Assembly (NCBI GenBank): GCA_024137785.1
Contig: JAHRHZ010000115.1
Span: 701,579-765,578 of the forward strand
DNA: 64,000 nucleotides
Direction of reading: 5' to 3'
DNA from: Ginglymostoma cirratum
Lineage: Eukaryota
Positions 1-12,168 of this stretch are shown here, piece after piece; the first letter of the stretch is position 1, and every line of letters begins with the position of its first letter. The notes under the pieces are model-generated. The model had not been told where the DNA came from. It ran no database searches and saw only the letters and a list, made by a program, of their open reading frames with translations. Both the position numbers and the translations under genes were made by a program.

Positions 1-249
1 CATTTTTATTCAGACACTGAAAATAGAGTAATATTTATTTTAATTAATATGCTTGACTGATCATTGCAATGTAACAAACTGAAGCATATTGCTCACATTA
101 TTTTAATTGGATAATCATTTATTTAGACATCAGTTAAAGCGGCAACTCCTGACAGAAACACTCTTCAATTAATACCTTTTTTAAAAAAAAATCTTTCATT
201 GCAATGCAGCTAAGAACAAAAGTAACTTGGTGATACAAAGCAAACCTGA

Positions 250-872
250 CAGTAATTATTTGAGATACAGTAGGAACTGCAGATGGTGGAGAATCTGAGA
301 TAACAAGGTGTAGAGCTGGATGAACACAGCAGGCCAAGCAGCATCAGAGGAGCAGGAAAGCTGACGTTTCGGGTCCTTAGAANNNNNNNNNNNNNNNNNN
401 NNNNNNNNNNNNNNNNNNNNNNNNNNNNNNNNNNNNNNNNNNNNNNNNNNNNNNNNNNNNNNNNNNNNNNNNNNNNNNNNNNNNNNNNNNNNNNNNNNNN
501 NNNNNNNNNNNNNNNNNNNNNNNNNNNNNNNNNNNNNNNNNNNNNNNNNNNNNNNNNNNNNNNNNNNNNNNNNNNNNNNNNNNNNNNNNNNNNNNNNNNN
601 NNNNNNNNNNNNNNNNNNNNNNNNNNNNNNNNNNNNNNNNNNNNNNNNNNNNNNNNNNNNNNNNNNNNNNNNNNNNNNNNNNNNNNNNNNNNNNNNNNNN
701 NNNNNNNNNNNNNNNNNNNNNNNNNNNNNNNNNNNNNNNNNNNNNNNNNNNNNNNNNNNNNNNNNNNNNNNNNNNNNNNNNNCCGAAACGTCAGCTTTCC
801 TGCTCCTCTGATGCTGCTTGGCCTGCTGTATTCATCCAGCTCTATACCTTGTTATCTCAGTAATTATTTGAG
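250..872. mobile_element. Penelope-like element insertion with inverted terminal arms and 15-bp TSD, spanning an assembly gap
   Basis: Left arm (265-382) and right arm (783-857) are reverse complements of the same PLE terminal repeat seen at 18131, 23647 and 54354; CAGTAATTATTTGAG occurs at 250-264 and 858-872. Confidence 0.85.
383..782. other. Assembly gap (400 N)
   Basis: Run of N. Confidence 1.
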
Positions 873-1359
873 CTAATTTATTCAACAGAAATTCGTTTTC
901 ACAATGGATTGCAGTTTTCTGTATTACGTGCAAAATCTCCAAAGATCAAGAAATGATTTAAGAATATGTAAAATTAGTTTGGAAAGGAATCCATTCCCTC
1001 CTGAACTGTGTATAAATTGGTGAAATGTCCCACCTCAATAATTTTGTTATTGACAATAGTTTTTAAGTTTATTAAATCAGTGGGTAATCTGTGTTCATTG
1101 TGAACACATTCTCATACACATTAATACCTACCCTCCGGCTATGCTCTGCTATGAAAAGTAAATTACAACGAACCTACAACATTTAACGTGACGAATTGAG
1201 CAGATGCATCTGCTAGGATCAAAACTGTTGCAACGTTGGTTTCTATGGTATCTCTAACTGCCTTATCAAATGGTCCTGACTGGTTGTAAATCGTCTGGTT
1301 CAGAAGCCTGATTCTCAGGCAGTTTATTTTCACATGGCGTTTGAAAACCACTTTTATAT

Positions 1360-1465
1360 GCCAGAAATGTAATATTTCATAAGACGTCTCAGAAACGAGA
1401 GCCCTGACTGAACTGTTGCAAACAGAACGAACACTTCAGTAACAAAGCTTGACTGCAGGAGATTT
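1360..1465 (+). repeat. Locally duplicated non-coding module in the presumed J-Cmu1 intron (other copies ~2925-3025 and ~36218-36315)
   Basis: Shared AGAAATGTAATATTT..CTCAGA..GAGAGCCCT.AC..AA.TGTT.CA..CAGAACGAACACTTCAGTAACAAA..GACTGCAGG. Confidence 0.75.
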
Positions 1466-2604
1466 GAAATCGGTTGTTAGCAACTACGAATATTTGATTG
1501 AACAAGAAAGATTTTTCTCGTGTCTCAGTTGTCAGTGACATGTTTCGTGGCACAATGAAGAATCAGAACTTATTTTGCACCTTATTATTTGAGAACCTAT
1601 CGTCAGCTTTTAGTGTTTATGGCAACAATCATACTACATTTCAAAATATTTTAATCTACTTCAAGCCAAGTAGTCGATCTTTTGAAGAAAGGCGCTCAGC
1701 GGTTTGAGGAAGGGAATTATATGTTGAATTCCAATGGCAATGAATTTATAGTATTGAATTTCCGAGTTTTATTTCTCTATAGTTGCCTCTACAATTTGGA
1801 GATACCATCAAAGTATTTATGGATAATTGTTTAAATGTTACTTTCATCATGTAAACATTGTGTAACAATCCCTGAGTTCTGGAAGGAGTTAATGATTAAC
1901 ACGGTTTATGCACTGTCAAACAGGTGGCCTGCCTTGCCATAGATAGTGTCGAGCCCATTGTGCTCAGGCCTGTTGTGAAGTAGTAACAGTGTCCCTATCC
2001 CTGTCACTGTCCCTGAGCCAGGTGGCCTATGTTCATTTACAGAAATATGTAATACCATCTCTTGTCAGGTTAACTGGGGGAGGGGGTTGGGATACATTGA
2101 GTTCTTTGGTTGTTTTTGGAATTTCTCTCATAGAGGCCAGTGAAATCTATTCAATCGCTGTCCTGGCATGCACCTCTTAAAAAATAGACAGAAATTTTCT
2201 GGTTAACAGCTTAAAAAAAAAGTCCATGCTCAACGACTTTTGGGCTTCGCTGGCTGGGTTGTATGGAATAAATCTTTGCAGAATTCCCGCTTTTGACTTG
2301 CTGTTCTATCATCATTGTTTATGACTGATCCAGAGATAATCGTTTCCAAAGCATTTTTGATGAGAACATGTCGAGGCTGTTTTATTTTATATCAAACTAG
2401 TGCTGGACGTGAGTTTGACTGCTTGGTAGTGTGGCGTTTCTACAGAAACTAACACTTGCAGCAGGTGCTTTTCAGGAAGTCTTCAATTTATATCTCAGCT
2501 CGTCCTGTACCACTGCTAAGAATTTTCTTCCATCGGATGTCGAGCAAGCATAGTCAGCGTCTAACTCATTAGGCGTTAGTTCTGGTGCCTGAAAACATGA
2601 AAAG

Positions 2605-2735
2605 ACAATTGACGAAGAGGGATCACTGGACTCGACACGTTAACTTTGCTTTCTCTCAACGGGAGCTGCCGGAACTGCTGAAATTCTTCAGCAATATTTG
2701 ATTTTATTTCAGGTTTCAAGCATTTACAGTTTGTT
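2605..2735 (+). mobile_element. Old short PLE-terminal-repeat-derived element (degenerate hammerhead-type head)
   Basis: GAAGAGGGATCACTGGACTCGACACGTTAACTTTGCTTTCTCTC..CTGCTGA; related copies at ~24965, ~38725, ~58975. Confidence 0.6.
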
Positions 2736-4162
2736 ATTTCATTAGAAAATAGTTCTGTTGTCAGGGGAAACAACAAGTTATTCGTAGAGAAAATGTGTTT
2801 TAATGAATTAAGAAAATTCAATGATGGTTAATATAAGATAATCATTTAATGTGAGTGAGCTGATATCGAGCCGTAGTTTCAGAAGAAGCTGTAAATCCAC
2901 TGTCACTGGATTTCAACCTGTACATAGAAATTTAATATTTGATTAGGTGCCTCAGACATGAGAGCCCTTACTAAATTGTTACAGTCAGAACGAACACTTC
3001 AGTAACAAAAGTCGACTGCAGGGGTTTTAATAAAAAGTGTTCACTGTAAGTGATAGCCTAACGAATAGCATCGTGATAAAAAGACAGGATCAGGAAAAGG
3101 GCACTCAGCCCCTCGAGCTGTTGCACCACTTAATTAGGTTGTGTTGGATATATGACTTAACGGTATAGGCCCGCCTTTGGCCAAAAACCTTGTAACAAAT
3201 TTAATTAACAAAGAAAGACTGTCCCAGATTCAATTATTCGTCTGCACATAACAAAGGGAGACATCATTTATGGAAGACATTTTGTAAGGTTTCAAGGTAA
3301 CACAATGAGGCTGTAATTAAATAGTCATGAAAATAAAATTTAATCTCTGGCAATTTCCATTTGAAACATCCCAATCAAATGAGTCAGATCTCTTTAATTT
3401 AACATTATATTTATTTATTCCATACAATATAGCGTTTGATTGCATTGAAAATAAAATGAGCAAACCTTCATTCCCATTACATGATGACGAAATCGTTCTG
3501 TCAGTTCAGTGAAAACATAGTCAAAACACAGAAAACGAACACTTTCAGCACGTCAGCCGTGTGTGGACACACAGCGAGTACATCAAATATGTTTCTATTC
3601 TTCCAGTGGTTATTTGATTCTCTAGACGGATGTGGGTTGTCAGAATTCGTACATCTCCTTGAGAAGTCAGTAGTCATCAGCCTACGTGAGTTGCTGAGAT
3701 TCATATGGCATAAGAATTCCATGGCAGGTTTAGAAAGTGCATTCCATGGCAGTGATCCAGTAAAAGTAACGAGCCAGTGAAATAGTTGCATTTCAAGATC
3801 GAGTGTGATCTGGAGGAAAATTTTCATGGGAAGCAATTACCATGCATGTGAGCCCTTGTCTAAAGAAGGTTCCATTTTTGGAATGTGCTGCCGAAGGAAA
3901 GTGTGAACCTACAAATTAGAAGCTAAAGAAGGCATCTCGTACCCTAAAGAATGTTCTTCCATTCATGAGATCACCATAAGTCTTGCTGTTCTTTGCTCTT
4001 TCCAACACGCGACAAAATTTTGCCCGACTGTGAATTGTTCATTGTTACAACTATTATATTGTAAATTTTAGCAGAAACCATTAGCAGCTGAGGATACATT
4101 TGAGTAACTAATAAGGTCAAATTATCAGAGTCTAACTTGTTCAATCGTCCATTCTTCCCTAG

Positions 4163-4462
4163 TGACAACATCTTCTCCCATACTTTATGGCCTGGTCTCC
4201 TCCTGTCAGCAACACAACACCGATGGTTCTGTGATCTTTGGTTGCTTGGCAATGGGCTATTCCCCTGACGTCACTAAGGTGACCTGGAAGAAAGGTGGGA
4301 AGCCGATCTCGACTGGATTGAAGACTTACCCATCAGTGAGAAACAAGAAGGGAACTTACACCCTGAGCAGCCAGTTAACCGTGACTGAGTCAGAAGTGGA
4401 ATGCAGGAAAATCTACTGTGAAGTTCAACACGAAGGGTCAGAGAAGAGCGTTGGAATGCCAT
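4163..4462 (+). CDS. IGHM: IgM heavy chain Cmu1 exon (copy 1)
   Basis: ccctAG acceptor, T|GTAAGT phase-1 donor; C1-set domain [44 protein letters not shown] typical of shark mu CH1. Confidence 0.95.
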
Positions 4463-4509
4463 GTAAGTGTTGTGGGGACTGAGATAAACAGAAAACCTCT
4501 GATTAACAT

Positions 4510-7150
4510 GATGTGTGCTGCACAGAAAAGGCCCTTAGGACCACGCTATCCACGCCTATCAATAACAAACACGTAACTGATCCAATTTAATGTGCCAGCA
4601 CTTGGTCCATTGTCTTGTATTACTTGCCTTCGCACGTATACATCCAAATTCTTCTTACATATTGTGAGGGATTCAGCCTATACACGACTTACAAACGCTG
4701 ATTTCCAGATTTGCACCACCCTGCTTCCCTGACATCCACTCTAAACTTTGTGACCTTTCGTTAGCCCTATTTCTCTTAGACATTGATCCCTCCATCAAGG
4801 GGAAAGGTTTTTTTTCCTGCTTATCCTGCCTATGCCCTCCACATTTCCAGATATCTCAATCACGTTCTCCCTCAAACTCTTCTGCACTAAGGAAAACCCC
4901 AGGCTGTGTAATCTCATTTCGTAAGTAAACCTTCCAGTCCAAGCAAAATCCTGATAAATCTCGCCTGTGCCCTCTTCAGTGTAAGCACATTCCTCTGATA
5001 ATGTGGATTCGTGATTAGCACACAATACTATCAATAGGGTTTTATTAAGTCCCAGCATTATTTCCCTGCTATTAAATCCAATGCCACTGCTAATAAAGAC
5101 TAATGTCCCACACAACTTCTTAACCTATTTGTTCACCTGTGACAGAAAATTAACGGATCACAGAGCATGCACACAAGAGATCCTCAGTGCTGTCAAGGCT
5201 TCCAATATTCAAATCCTTGTGTTATCTTCCGTGCAAATGGATCACTTTACACTTATCCAGAATCATTTCTATTTGCAGCTTGTCAGCGCATGTAGCCAAC
5301 AGTTCAAGATCCTCCTGCGACCTATAACTATCATGCTCACTACTGACCAACTCGACAATTTTCATTTCGTCTCTGAACTTACTGGTCAACTTTCCAATAT
5401 TCAAGTCTAAATCAACACTGATGCCTGCAGACCAGCACTAGATGAACACTTCCAATCACACAAACACCGCAAGACCATTATCCTTGTCTCCATGCCACTC
5501 AGCCAGTTCTGGATTCAATTCTTTCAACTAACTCCGATCCCGTTGGCTCTTATCTTTGTTATCATCTGCAAACCTGGTTAACTCTTCCAAAAACACTATT
5601 AAATGGTTCACATATAACTTCCCCTCAATAAAACCACTTCAGAATTTTTGATTGAACCTCCAAATGAAAACTAATTGTGTTTCACAATGGTTCCAACAGT
5701 TTCCCAATTACTTGACAAGCCTGTGCTTTCAATGTTTATCCCTTCCCTCCGCATGCATAACTAGACCACATAGCTGACCTACAGTCATTTGGCACAGACA
5801 CTATGGCCAGACAGGAATTCTAAACTATTTTAAATTACCCAACTATTTCATCCTGTGCTTCGCTGAACAGCTTGGGATACATTTCATTCGCCCTGGAAAC
5901 TTCACTACTTGTATTCCAGCAGGATAACACAGAATATCTCAGCATCTATTCTAATTACTTAAATTCAATCACAGCACTTCACAATGATTCCTATACCCAC
6001 ATTGTCCTTCGTACGAGTGAACGCTGACGCAATGTATTCATTTTGAACAAAAGCTAAATCCTCTGACTTCACACCAATAATATCATACAGAAATATAATG
6101 GGGGTTGCTATTTCCCGAGTTATCCTTTTATTATGATTGAATTTGGAATGTTCTTTTATAGGTTCTTTCATTTTGACTTTCATTATTCTTTCGTGGTACT
6201 TTTTGTTTTCCCGTTTTCTCTTTTGTCAAAATCCTCCTTGCACTTTCTGTACACTTTGAGAATTTCTATTGTTTTGAGTCTTCAGAACATAACATAAGTA
6301 TTCCATTTTTCCCTTTGTCTAACCCTGCATGTCCTTTGATGTCCAGAGCTCGGTACGTTTTTGTCCCATACTGTGGATTCATCGGAACACATCGTCCTTA
6401 TATTTTTCCTGTTCTTTCTTGAATGTGCCCTATTGCTCCAACTTAGGTTTACATTCCAGTTCTGTCAAATCATTCCTGACCTTATTAAAATTGACTTTCC
6501 CCATTTCAGGACTTTGGTGCAGGCCCACTCCTAGCCCTTTCCAGTACAATCTTGAATCTAGCAGATTTATTATCTCTGCCTGCAAAATGCTCCACCATTC
6601 ATATTTTAACCATTTGTTCACCTTCATTACATAAAGTAAGTCCATGTTCACCTCTCTCTTGCAAGGCGTGCATTTGAAATGTCTCTATTAAATATATTCT
6701 CTATTTTTCTTATTTAAAAAAAATCTCTTTGGAACATTTTTAGAATTCTGCTCCGTCTAACCCTTTGACAATTTGAATACCCGAGCCGAAATTGAGGAAT
6801 TAAAATCAGCTTCAATCGTTCCCCTATTAATTTACAGTTCTTTGAAATGTGCCTATGTCGCTGCACTTCTCGATCTCTTGAAGCGATAGAGGGGTCTATA
6901 GAACTCTTCCAGTCGTATGTTTGCTTTATTTTGGTTTTTAAGTACTGTTCACTTGAGGAAGTATCTGTGATTTAGTCCTTCCTTACAACCTGAAATACCG
7001 TGATCAGTATTGCAACAGAACCATGGCCCATTTTATACCTTTCTCTGTCTCGCCGGACAATCTGGAATTATGAGCTTCCAATCCTGCCCCTCTCTCAAAG
7101 TATTTCCACGATATCAATTGCACCATTTCCTTAATTATGCCCTCAACGCA
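4510..7150 (-). mobile_element. Old, degraded CR1-like LINE in the Cmu1-Cmu2 intron
   Basis: Reverse-strand CR1 ORF2 remnants (e.g. WADKLQ..DKCKVIHL, 5222-5404 ORF; FNKVRNDL near 6430-6651) and a CR1-type 3' tail near 4510; similar to 46800-48330. Confidence 0.65.
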
Positions 7151-7457
7151 CGTGTCTTATTTGCCAGCCTCCTTTCATTAAAAAGAATAACATCCAACAT
7201 TGTTAACTCCCTTTTGGTTTAATTGGCCTATAATTTCTATGCCTTCTTTACGCCGTTGCTGTCCTTTCTAATTTTGGCATTTAACATCATCCTGCTGATC
7301 TTTCTGTGTCGATCACAGCTTCTCTACCATTCTGCACATTATACTCTTTGTAATACCGAAGTTAGTGTCAATTAACAGCAATTAATATTGATATATAACA
7401 GCTAATGGTATTCGTTATCAAATCCGTCAGCTAAATTATACAATGTGTTCCTTTAAG

Positions 7458-7769
7458 GTCCAATTATTGTGCATCCAACTCTTCTCCTAACTGTGAGTTC
7501 CAGCGAAGAAATTACAAACAGCAAATTTGCAACCATCGTCTGTTCAATCATCGATTTCCAACCAAAGTCAATCTCAGTGACTTGGTTGAAGAATGGACAA
7601 TCCGTGGATTCTGGCTTCTTCACCTCTCCTGCGTATGAAACGAACAAGAACTTCTCAGTGACCAGTTGGCTGAGAGTCCCTTATAGTGAATGGTTCAACA
7701 GTGCAGTCTATACTTGCCAGGTCACCCATGAAGGGCTCATTCAAAGTCGAAACATCACCGGATTCCAGG
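7458..7769 (+). CDS. IGHM: IgM heavy chain Cmu2 exon (copy 1)
   Basis: tttaAG acceptor, G|GTAAG donor, phase 1; [54 protein letters not shown]. Confidence 0.95.
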
Positions 7770-8019
7770 GTAAGAGATACATACTAAGAGAAATACAAAT
7801 CATTCTGAACGCGATGTAAATCAAATACGCTAATTGATCAGGTTTGGTAAACGACAGAGAACAATTTCTAATTTACCGTCAATCCATGAATATATCATTT
7901 CCGTGTTAGTGTTATGTCAGCGTTGCTTGTAATTCAGATCTGAAAAAAAAACACACACACTTCCCTCTATGTTGAAGGCATGTGGACAGTTGGTTGGATT
8001 TGGTTGTTGACTGAACGTA

Positions 8020-8458
8020 CTTGGAGAGGGAGTCGGAGTGCAGAATCCATTACTGGCATGGCCCCAATGATGAGGGTTTTCGGGTTCGAGGAGGGATCTT
8101 TTTGAAACTGAGAAAACCCTGAGAGATCGAGACAGAGTGGATGTGGAGAAGATGTTTTCACCATAAGGCGAGACTAGGACCCAAGGGCAGAGAGGCAGAG
8201 TCAAAGGGAGAATCATTTAGAAATGAGATTAAGAGGACATTCTTCAGCAAGAAAGTGATGAATCTGTGGATTTCATTGCTTCAGAGGGCTGTGTAAGCCA
8301 TGTCATTGAATGTATTTAATGCAAAGATAGATAGGCTGATGCTTAGTCTGGGGCGAAGGTGTGTGTATAGGTTGAGAAACATATCAGCTGTGACCGAATG
8401 GCGGAGCAAACTTGATTGGCAGAATCGCCCGATTCTGCTCCTATATCTTATGATCTTG
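8020..8458 (+). mobile_element. CR1-like LINE 3' fragment, shared with copy 2 (35665-35960)
   Basis: GACAGAGTGGATGTGGAGAAGATGTTT..TTCTTCAG..CAGAGGGCTGT and tail CTGCTCCTATATCTTATGATCTT. Confidence 0.75.
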
Positions 8459-8550
8459 TGGTCTTCAGATGACATCGTAAAAATATGCAGTGGCGCCTAT
8501 TTGAGTATAAAACAGAACACATTCAATACTTTGTTCCAAACTCCGGAATT

Positions 8551-9850
8551 ATCTGAGAAAACAAGGTGTAGAGCTAGATGAACACAGCAGGTCAGGCAGC
8601 ATCAGAGCAGCAGGAAAGCTGACCCTTCTTCAGAAATGGGGGAGCGGAAGGGGACTCTGAAATAAATAAAGAGGGTGGGGAGGCGGATGGAAGGTAGATA
8701 AAGGAACAGGTACGTGGACAGGAGACGGACAGGTCAAGGAGGGGGGGATGGAGACAATAGAGGCGAGTGTAGGTGGGGAGTTAGGCTGAGGCTTGGTCAG
8801 TCAAGGGAAGACTGGCAGGTCAAGGAGGCGGAGAAGAGGCTGGTAGATAGAAGGTGGGGGTGGGGCTTGCTCAGTGAGGTGGGAGGGGCGGATAGGTTGG
8901 AGAAAAGACGGACAGATCAAGGAGGACGAGATGGGCTGGTTTTGGGATGAGGTCGGGAATGGGGAGATTTTGAAGCTTGTGAAGTCCACGTTGAGATAAT
9001 TGGGCTGCAGGGATCCTAAGACAAATATGAGGTGCTGTTCCTGCAATCTTCGGGTGGCATCGTTGTAGCACTGGTGTAGGCCCAGGATGGATATATCGTC
9101 CAAGGTGTGGGAGGGGGAGTTGAAGTGTTTCTCGACTGGGAGGTGCAGTCGTTTGTCACGAACCAAGCGTGGATGTTCCACAAAGCAATCTCCAAGCCCG
9201 GTACCCCCGATGTAGAGGAGGCCACACCAGGAACAACGGATACAATATACCACATTAGCAGATATGCAGGTGAACATCTGTTTAATGTGGAAGGTTTTCT
9301 TGGGGCCTGGGATGAGGGAGAGGGGGGAGGTGTAGGAGCAGGCGTAGCACTGCCTATGGTTGCAGGGAAAATTTCCAGGAGTGGTAGGGCTAGTGGGGAG
9401 TGTGGAGCGGACAAGGGAGTCACGGAGAGAGCGGTCCGAGGGAAGGCAGATAAGGTGAGGGAGGGAAAAATGTCTTTTGGAGTTGTGTCAGATTGCAGGT
9501 GGTGGAAGTGGCAGAGGATGTCGCGTTGAATCTGGAGGTTGGTGGGGTGGTATGTGAGGACAAGGAGTATTCTGTCTTTGTTGTTATTGTGGAGAGGGGG
9601 TGTGAGGGATGAGTTGTGGGAAATGCGAGAGATGTGGTCGAGGGCATTTTCGACCACTGTGACGGGCAAGTTGCGGTCCTTGAAAAACGAGGACATCTGG
9701 GATGTCCAGGAGTGGAATGCCTCACCTCGGGAGCAGTTGCGGCGGGGGCGAATGAATTGGGAATAGGGGATGGCATCTTGCAGGAAGGTGGGTGAGAGGA
9801 AGTGTATTCTAGGAAGCTATGAGCGTCGGTAGGCTTGAAATAGGTATCTG
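8551..9850 (-). mobile_element. 5'-truncated Penelope-like retroelement (GIY-YIG endonuclease region), frameshifted
   Basis: ORFs 9016-9696 and 8801-9277: VVENALDHISR..LVLTYHP..; NVVYCIRCSWCGLLYIGGT..EQHLIFVLGSLQPNYLN; purine-rich 3' region and terminal repeat at left. Confidence 0.9.
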
Positions 9851-10974
9851 TTGGCTTAGATTTTGTATGGTACGGGCCTCCTCAACTTCAATCAAGGCAC
9901 CAAATCATAGAACAAATGAGTATCATATTTGATTAACAGTGATAAACGTGATCTAATTCAGCTTCGCTTAGACGTTCTCTGTAAATGGTGTATGTGGCAA
10001 GAAAATAAATTTTGGTGGGAATGCTACAGTAGGGATGAATGAATTGGAATTAGAGCCAGAATGTTTCAACTTGGTTTCAGGATGGAAATGTTCCAACAGT
10101 GAGTCGTGGAAGTCTAAAGTTCGCTTGGCCAAACTTCCATTGTGTTTCTGCATCGATTTAAAACGTTCCTACTTGATTTTTTTTATTTGATTCTGCGAGT
10201 AAACTAAAAATTGCAGATTGATAAGTAATGAGAAAATAGAGGTCAGTCGTTTAAAGAAAAACTGAAGTGAAAGGCTTGAGTTGAAGAGTGTCCTACTCTA
10301 TTTCTAATGCTGTGGTCAGAGTATTATTTCCATATCTACTTCAAATTCATGAGGAATAATATCTCATACCGTATTTCAGAGAACAATCTCACATACATAA
10401 TGCAAATTATTTTCAATCATATTAAATCACATTGAACAGAATTTCCGTCACCGTTCACCGCTCCAGTAACGCAGTAAAATCTTTGCAAATACATTAGGAA
10501 TCAGAGAATAATTACGTTTGATTACAATTTTCCCGAAATTCGGGATTTGGGATGGCACTCAGCATGACCAACATCATTTGTATGCATGGTTCATGAATGT
10601 TGAAATGAAGTCATTATATTGAGCGCAGATTAGTTTTGTCACAAGTATCAATAGAAGGACTTGACTGAGAGAAGAATTCTGAAGAGAAAGTTACTCCATG
10701 TCTAACATCATGGTACCTTTGATTATTTTACTTTCTTCATAATATTCACATGCTGCAAAGCCAGTGTTCCTTAAATATAATTACACAAGTCATGTTTTAG
10801 GTAATCACGAATGATTTCACAAATCAAAATATATGAACAATTTATCGTTTCAGGAAAAGTTGAAAATTGCCATCTCGAAGGTCGTTTCTTTATCTCGTAA
10901 GGAAATAGCCTGAAGGCGGTGCTTTGATCGCAAAGAGGCATTTTTCATTGGCTGTGATTTTTACTTCATTGCAG

Positions 10975-11280
10975 TTACCGAGTGCCGTGATTACACAGTT
11001 AAAATACTACCGCCGCCAATTGAACAGGTCTTACTGGAGGCGACGGTGACGTTGACCTGTGTTGTATCCAGTCTTCCTTTTGGAGTCAACGTCACCTGGA
11101 CACAGGAAAATAAGCCTCTGAAATCAGAGATTGCTGACCAAGCCGGAGAGGATCCCGACAGCGTGATCAGCAAATTGGACATTTCTACTGAAGCCTGGCT
11201 GAGTGGGGTTTCTTTCTACTGCGTGGTGAACCATCAGCATCTACCGACTCCTCTCAGAGACTCCATCCACAAGGAGAAAC
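10975..11280 (+). CDS. IGHM: IgM heavy chain Cmu3 exon (copy 1)
   Basis: ttgcAG acceptor, C|GTGAGT donor; [55 protein letters not shown]. Confidence 0.95.
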
Positions 11281-11743
11281 GTGAGTGGTGAGATCAAAGC
11301 ACTAACTCTATTCTTGTGCTTGTTTCCAAGGCATACGTAATTTTGCTCCACTCACATCGATAGTATTCTTTGATTTATAATGAACTAATACCTTTGGAAG
11401 CTTTCACGATGCATTTCCGGGCAGGATAGCTCAGTATGTGATTAAGAAAAAGTTGGATTCAAGGATAATGTATGATGATTTAGTCACATACAGTAGCAAT
11501 AAGCTTGGTTTGTCACGTAAACGTCAGCAATGACGAATGGACAGAAGTTTCTGGTTTTGGGCTGGAAAAATGCGGCAACTTACCTTTTTCTTCTAATAAA
11601 TAAAATGGATACCACTCTGCTCCTTTGAAAACTAAAGTGGATAAATCCCAAATTAAAAATGGAATATTTTAATATTTAGTGAAATATCAATGTTGAACTT
11701 GTATTTTTAAAAATATTTTATGTTTGTTTCAAATATTCTGCAG

Positions 11744-12135
11744 CAATAAATCCACTGGAGCCATCAGTGTCTGTCCTCTTGCCACCGACGGAAGAAGTCT
11801 CCACTCAGAGGTTTGTCTCCCTCACTTGTTTCGTGAGAGGTTTCTCCCCGCGTGAGATCTTCGTCAAGTGGACAAACAATGATAAGCCGGTGAATCCCAG
11901 TAATTACAAGAACACCGAGGTGACGGCACAGAGCGACAACGCCTCCTTTTTCATGTACAGCCTGTTATCCATTGCTGCGGAGGAGTGGGCCAGCGGTGCT
12001 TCTTACTCCTGTGTGGTGGGACATGAAGCGATTCCATTGAAGATCATTAACAGAACAGTTGACAAATCCAGCGGTAAACCAAGTTTTGTAAACATTTCAC
12101 TTGCACTGATGGACACCATTAATTCATGCCAATGA
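11744..12135 (+). CDS. IGHM: IgM heavy chain Cmu4 exon with secretory tailpiece (copy 1)
   Basis: ctgcAG acceptor; [57 protein letters not shown]; internal donor AGCG|GTAAAC at 12073/12074 for the membrane form. Confidence 0.97.
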
Positions 12136-12162
12136 AAATTACAAGGTTACGTTTAAGAATTC

Positions 12163-12168
12163 AATAAA
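12163..12168 (+). terminator. Secretory-form polyadenylation signal
   Basis: AATAAA 28 nt after the tailpiece stop; conserved in copy 2 (32387-32392, - strand). Confidence 0.8.

Noticed and set aside
2070-2100. TGGGGGAGGGGG as a possible JH WGxG motif
   Set aside because: No T-x-V-T-V continuation, RSS or splice donor; no V, D or J segment was found in the window.
870-4160. Class-switch (S) region upstream of Cmu1
   Set aside because: No tandem AGCT/G-rich array visible.
8714-9766. Plus-strand and Pro-rich alternative ORFs over the PLE copies (also 18448-19775, 54321-55275)
   Set aside because: Shadow frames of purine/pyrimidine-skewed retroelement sequence.
10400-10407. Octamer ATGCAAAT in the Cmu2-Cmu3 intron
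   Set aside because: Single site, changed to ATGCAACT in copy 2; expected by chance in AT-rich DNA.
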